From assembly GCA_041483995.1 (NCBI GenBank), contig JBGPGQ010000001.1:1-41054 (forward strand): a stretch of DNA of 41,054 nucleotides, given 5' to 3'. Below the pieces are notes generated by a model that saw only the letters and a list, made by a program, of their open reading frames with translations, was not told the origin of the DNA and ran no database searches. Each line of letters starts with the position of its first letter. Positions within the stretch are counted from its first letter, which is position 1. Both the position numbers and the translations under genes were made by a program. Source of the stretch: Bacteroidota bacterium (GTDB taxonomy: Bacteria > Bacteroidota > Ignavibacteria > UBA10030 > UBA6906). This document shows, one piece after another, positions 37,159-41,054 of the stretch.

Positions 37159-37578
37159 TTAACCAGCCAGAGCATACAGTGAAGCGCTACACGCCCCACA
37201 GATATCACCGGCAGTGTAGTTTCGTGAACATTCGCGGCACAGCACGAGATGATTCTCCTTGCATGCATAGCAGTATGCTTCACTATGGAATTGTTCATCT
37301 GTCGTGCTGTAGAACTCATCCAGCTCCCGTAAACTGAGGCTACGGTCGCAAACGCAGCATGCAACAGTGGAAAGTGTGTGAAGACGTTCGAACTGGGTCA
37401 TGACAGTAGCCATAGTATTATTTGGCGATCCGTGATCTCGCAGTAATGATACGACATTTTTGTCGTATACGCAACACCCACGGCACAACAAATTTGTCGT
37501 CTCATGCTCGTTGATTCTGAAGCTGTTTTTCTGTACTTTGATCAAGTGATTCGCACCCACGGAAAAAGGACACCACAA
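37159..37578 (-). CDS. Hypothetical Cys-rich (multi-CxxC) protein, possibly the decayed body of a T9SS cargo gene
   Basis: The ORF carries five CxxC pairs (CRGC, CCVC, CYAC, CREC, CGAC) and no signal peptide. The ORF-track start at 37578 is TTG. Other candidate starts are the TTG codons for L30/L31 and the ATG at 37413. It ends in ...SASLYALAG-TAA at a position that aligns with the conserved Gln of a T9SS tail. Confidence 0.45.
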   Translation of the reverse strand: MWCPFSVGANHLIKVQKNSFRINEHETTNLLCRGCCVYDKNVVSLLRDHGSPNNTMATVMTQFERLHTLSTVACCVCDRSLSLRELDEFYSTTDEQFHSEAYCYACKENHLVLCRECSRNYTAGDICGACSASLYALAG

Positions 37579-38339
37579 TGGACGAACAGCTTACCACCTC
37601 CGAACCGGTACAACCCATGTCGTTCGCAGAAAAACTCACGAACATTTTTGCCTCGCCGGGAGAACTGTTTGAGAATGTCCGGCTGACCGGAAAGGCCAGC
37701 AGCAACTGGCTTGTGCCCTGGATTCTCTTCGTTGTTGTCGCAATTATCATGGGGCAACTCATAGTGCACAATGCGTCGCTGGCAGACCAGTTGGGCGCGG
37801 TCATCAAAAAAGGGTTTGACAAAAGCGTGCAGGAAGGAAAGATGCCCCAGGAGAGCGCGGATCAAGTGTACGAGAAATTTGCAAAGCCCGGCTCAACCTG
37901 GTTTACCCTCTTTCAGATTGGCGGCGCTACGTTCGGAAGTTTTGCCATGCTTTTTGTTCTCAGTCTTCTCTATTGGCTGATCGGCAAATCGGCGATGAAA
38001 GGAAGTGCACCGTATATGAAAGTGGTCGAAGTGGTGGGGTTGACGTTCTTCATCGTTGCCCTTGAACAAGTTGTGACTACCATGTTGATGTTTATTATGG
38101 ATTCGATCACCGCAACGCCAAGCCTTGGTATTTTCGTCAAGAATTTTGACATGGAGAACAAGCTCCATGTCGCACTCTCAAAGATCAACGTTTTTACGTT
38201 CTGGAATTTATCTGTGGCGAGTGTTGGCCTCTCGAAACTTTTTCAGCGCGATTTGCCGAAAGTACTGGTCCTGGTATTCGCCCTCTGGATTCTCTGGTCG
38301 CTTGTTTCCATCTTTACGGGCGTTCGAATGACTGGCTGA
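37578..38339 (+). CDS. Yip1-domain family membrane protein
   Basis: 253 aa with about five TM helices. The N-terminal FAEKLTNIFASPGELFENV followed by polytopic segments is typical of bacterial Yip1/DUF1282 proteins. A second candidate ATG is at 37617. Confidence 0.7.
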   Translation: MDEQLTTSEPVQPMSFAEKLTNIFASPGELFENVRLTGKASSNWLVPWILFVVVAIIMGQLIVHNASLADQLGAVIKKGFDKSVQEGKMPQESADQVYEKFAKPGSTWFTLFQIGGATFGSFAMLFVLSLLYWLIGKSAMKGSAPYMKVVEVVGLTFFIVALEQVVTTMLMFIMDSITATPSLGIFVKNFDMENKLHVALSKINVFTFWNLSVASVGLSKLFQRDLPKVLVLVFALWILWSLVSIFTGVRMTG

Positions 38340-38364
38340 CACCGCCAAGCTATAGAAATCTGGA

Positions 38365-38397
38365 AAAGCCTGCCGGCATCAGGCAGGCTTTCTGTTT
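38365..38397 (+). terminator. Rho-independent terminator after the Yip1-family gene
   Basis: AAAGCCTGCC (38365-38374) pairs with GGCAGGCTTT (38382-38391) around loop GGCATCA. It is followed by CTGTTTCTG. Confidence 0.8.
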
Positions 38398-38506
38398 CTG
38401 GTACCATCATCATCACAGAACTCACTTCGGCGCGCCGTCGTGAAAATATCCGGTCCTTTTGATACAGTCAATGTGAGGTCCAATCCTCAGGAGAAGAATC
38501 TCGTTT

Positions 38507-39877
38507 ATGAAAACAATCATTGAGCCATTCAAGATCAAATCGGTAGAGCCGATCAATTTTACAAGTGAGCGGGAGCGCGAGGCGTATCTCCAACGGGCGT
38601 ATTATAACATGTTCCTCCTTCCAGCGGAAGAAGTGCTCATTGATCTGCTGACAGACAGCGGCACTTCTGCAATGAGCGCGATGCAATGGGCTGGTATGAT
38701 GCAGGGAGATGAGGCGTATGCCGGGGCGAAAAGCTTCTTCCGGTTTGAACACAAGGTCCGGCAACTTACAGGCTTGAAAAATATTATTCCCACACATCAA
38801 GGGCGCGCCGCGGAGAAAATCCTGTTTACTCTCATCGGTGGCAAGGGGAAATTCATTCCCAACAATTCTCACTTTGATACAACCAGAGCAAACATTGAAT
38901 TCACCGGGGCGGAAGCAATCGACCTTCCGACTACCGAAGGAAAGGATCCAGACCTCATTGCCGATTTCAAGGGCAACATGGATGTAGCGGAACTCGATGC
39001 ATTTATCAGGCGCGTCGGGCCGGAGCATGTTCCTCTTTGCATGATCACGGTAACAAACAACTCCGGCGGTGGTCAGCCGGTATCAATGCAAAATATCCGT
39101 GAGACAAAGGAAGTCTGCAAGAAGTACGCAATTCCATTCTTCCTCGATGCGTGCAGGTTTGCGGAGAATGCATATTTCATCAAGTTGAGAGAACAAGGCT
39201 ACGAAAACGTTCGCGTCAAGGATATTGTCCAGGAAATGTTCTCGTATGCGGATGGCGCGACAATGAGTGCGAAGAAAGATGGAATCGTGAACATGGGCGG
39301 ATTCCTTGCCCTCAACGATGAAGCACTTACGGCAAGGGCGCGCAACCTATTGATCATGACCGAAGGGTTTACCACGTATGGGGGTCTGGCAGGGCGCGAC
39401 CTCGAAGCCATAGCACAGGGATTGGACGAAGTGCTTGATGAGCATTATCTTCGCTATCGCATTCGTTCGGTTGAATATTTGGGTGAACGACTGACCGAGG
39501 CAGGAGTGCCAATACTTCAGCCGCCTGGCGGACATGCAATCTATCTCAACGCAAAGAAATTCCTGCCGCACATTCCTGTCGAACAGTATCCCGGGCAATC
39601 GTTGGTTGCGGAATTATATCGCCGGGGCGGAATACGCTCCGTAGAAATCGGAAGTGTCATGTTTGGGAAATACGATGAGAACGGCATGTTAATCCCTGCA
39701 CGCATGGAACTTGTGCGCCTTGCGATTCCCCGCAGGGTCTACACCCAGAGTCACATCGACTATGTTATCGAAGTCGTGATTGAGACATTTAACCACAGAA
39801 AAGAACTGAAGGGTTATCGTATCATTGAGGAAGCTCCCACATTGCGTCACTTTACTGCAAAATTCCAACATGTTTGA
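38507..39877 (+). CDS. tnaA: Tryptophanase (beta-eliminating lyase family)
   Basis: 456 aa. PLP-lysine motif MSAKKDG (tyrosine phenol-lyase has SGKKD), FDTTRAN, LPHIPVEQYPGQSLVAELY and C-terminal LRHFTAKF. From memory these resemble E. coli TnaA more than Citrobacter TPL. Confidence 0.85.
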   Translation: MKTIIEPFKIKSVEPINFTSEREREAYLQRAYYNMFLLPAEEVLIDLLTDSGTSAMSAMQWAGMMQGDEAYAGAKSFFRFEHKVRQLTGLKNIIPTHQGRAAEKILFTLIGGKGKFIPNNSHFDTTRANIEFTGAEAIDLPTTEGKDPDLIADFKGNMDVAELDAFIRRVGPEHVPLCMITVTNNSGGGQPVSMQNIRETKEVCKKYAIPFFLDACRFAENAYFIKLREQGYENVRVKDIVQEMFSYADGATMSAKKDGIVNMGGFLALNDEALTARARNLLIMTEGFTTYGGLAGRDLEAIAQGLDEVLDEHYLRYRIRSVEYLGERLTEAGVPILQPPGGHAIYLNAKKFLPHIPVEQYPGQSLVAELYRRGGIRSVEIGSVMFGKYDENGMLIPARMELVRLAIPRRVYTQSHIDYVIEVVIETFNHRKELKGYRIIEEAPTLRHFTAKFQHV

Positions 39878-40098
39878 TCTGTTTTCGAGTTTGTACTTAA
39901 GACCCCAAATACAACCCCGTAGTATTTGCTTCTTCTCTCGTTTCTTTCTATTTTCGATCAATATCTGTTCTATCCTATAATCTCCAGCATGAGAGGCCCT
40001 CCTCTCAGGTTCTCTTTCCTACCATTTTCGAAGGTTCAGAATCTCGGTCGAGATTCCTCTTGTGCGATCCTTAATACTACAATGAAAGGAATATCGCC

Positions 40099-41054
40099 AT
40101 GGAACAACAGGCCGCGAAAACACCCCCAGTGAATCCAACCATAGGGAAACTGGAAACTCTCACCATCACCGACAACCGAACGGGAAAACACTATGAAATT
40201 CCCATTGACAATGGAACGGTGAAAGCGATTGATCTCCGCCAAATCAAGGCACTCCCCGACGATTTCGGGTTGATGACATACGATCCTGCGTTTATGAATA
40301 CTGCATCATGTAAAAGCACGATCACATTCATCGACGGGGATATAGGAATTCTCCGCTACCGGGGGTACCCCATTGAACAACTCGCCGAGCGTTGCTCGTA
40401 CCTTGAAGTTGCATACCTCATCATTCATGGTGAGTTACCGAACAAAACCCAGCTAGAAGAGTGGATGATGAACGTTACCACTCACACGTTCGTTCACGAG
40501 AACATCAAAAAATTCATGGATGGATTCCATTACGATGCTCATCCGATGGGGATGTTCGTCAGCACGGTTGCTGCACTTTCCACATTCTACCCGGATGCAA
40601 AGAAGATCGAGGATCCGGAGGAGCGAAAGCGTACGATCTTTCGACTGCTTGGTAAGGTGCCGACTCTTGCTGCGTTTGCATATCGTCACAGCATCGGCAT
40701 GCCATACGTTCATCTGGATAACGAACTCAGTTATGCGGAGAATTTCCTTGCAATGATGTTCAAGGTTGCTGAGGTCAAATACAAACCGAATCCCATTCTT
40801 GCTCATGCGTTGGACGTTCTGTTCATTCTACATGCGGACCATGAGCAGAATTGCAGTGCGAATGCGATGCGCAGTGTCGGCAGTTCACACGTCGACCCGT
40901 ACAGTGCTACAGCAGCAGCGGCAGCGGCACTATACGGACCGCTGCATGGCGGTGCGAACGAGGCAGTGCTGCGTATGCTCGATGTCATTGGCAGCAAGGA
41001 TCGCATTCCGGCATTTATTAAGGATGTAAAGGATGGCAAAGGCAAGCTGATGGG
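40099..41054 (+). CDS. gltA: Citrate synthase (5' part, continues beyond the window)
   Basis: Absent from the ORF track because there is no stop in the window. Hand translation from the ATG at 40099 gives MEQQAAKTPPVNPTIGKLETLTITDNRTGKHYEIPIDNGTVKAIDLRQIK...ITFIDGDIGILRYRGYPIEQLA...LFILHADHEQNCSANAMR...LYGPLHGGANEAV. These are canonical citrate synthase motifs. Confidence 0.93.
   Translation, partial: MEQQAAKTPPVNPTIGKLETLTITDNRTGKHYEIPIDNGTVKAIDLRQIKALPDDFGLMTYDPAFMNTASCKSTITFIDGDIGILRYRGYPIEQLAERCSYLEVAYLIIHGELPNKTQLEEWMMNVTTHTFVHENIKKFMDGFHYDAHPMGMFVSTVAALSTFYPDAKKIEDPEERKRTIFRLLGKVPTLAAFAYRHSIGMPYVHLDNELSYAENFLAMMFKVAEVKYKPNPILAHALDVLFILHADHEQNCSANAMRSVGSSHVDPYSATAAAAAALYGPLHGGANEAVLRMLDVIGSKDRIPAFIKDVKDGKGKLM

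Noticed and set aside
37159-37161. Alternative genetic code (TAA read as Gln) as the explanation for the split T9SS tail
   Set aside because: TAA is used as a genuine terminator by rpmH, gyrA and mlaD in this same window. All conserved genes are full length under the standard code.
36999-37364. 121-aa minus-strand ORF overlapping the Cys-rich ORF and the T9SS relic in another frame
   Set aside because: This frame shows no CxxC pattern and no T9SS-tail similarity. The other frame carries both signals.
38398-38506. tnaC-like leader peptide upstream of tnaA
   Set aside because: No ATG-initiated ORF with a Trp codon is present. There is only an ATG-TGA start-stop and a Trp-free GTG frame overlapping the tnaA start.
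39878-40098. Two short hairpins (GAGAGG/CCTCTC and GAATCTC/GAGATTC) and a 68-aa ORF (39926-40132) in the tnaA-gltA spacer
   Set aside because: The stems are only 6-7 bp and lack U-tracts. The ORF overlaps the gltA start, is Ser/Phe/Leu/Pro-rich and has no motifs. This is probably just promoter and 5'-UTR sequence.

Overview
This window is the chromosomal replication-origin neighbourhood of a roughly 50% GC bacterium. It is probably a member of the FCB superphylum (Ignavibacteria/Chlorobi/Bacteroidota-like), because one intact gene and one relic carry type IX secretion (T9SS) C-terminal sorting domains. That taxonomic placement is inference only.

Gene content, left to right:
- rnpA and rpmH on the minus strand. 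rpmH was found by hand because it is too short for the ORF track.
- A DnaA-box cluster, then dnaA, an AT-rich 402-bp spacer, dnaN, recF, dciA (DUF721), gyrB and gyrA.
- A 15-kb minus-strand block: SPFH protein, BNR-propeller T9SS cargo, VWA membrane protein, MoxR ATPase, three tandem SurA/PpiD-type chaperones, a Cys/Met PLP enzyme, panE and an RqcH/NFACT homologue.
- A plus-strand run: yicC, gmk, rpoZ, coaBC, family-4 UDG, dnaB, a Tat-exported DUF1460 amidase-like protein and a Met-rich DUF4412-like protein.
- A lone AmmeMemoRadiSam-type radical SAM enzyme on the minus strand.
- mlaE, mlaF, mlaD, a Cys-rich ORF fused to a T9SS-tail relic, a Yip1-family membrane protein, tnaA, and the 5' part of gltA. 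gltA was also found by hand because it runs off the window.

I saw no tRNA or rRNA genes, CRISPR arrays, transposases, integrases, or recognisable defence or toxin-antitoxin modules. I did not find a convincing self-contained novel system.

The observations most worth a second look are:
1. An in-frame TAA that separates a multi-CxxC ORF from a clearly recognisable T9SS sorting domain.
2. The collinear PPIase-MoxR-VWA-T9SS-SPFH envelope block.
3. An OmpA-like peptidoglycan-binding module embedded in a PpiD-like chaperone.
4. A possibly bipartite oriC with a low-GC dnaN.

All family calls rest on motif recognition by eye. No database search was run.
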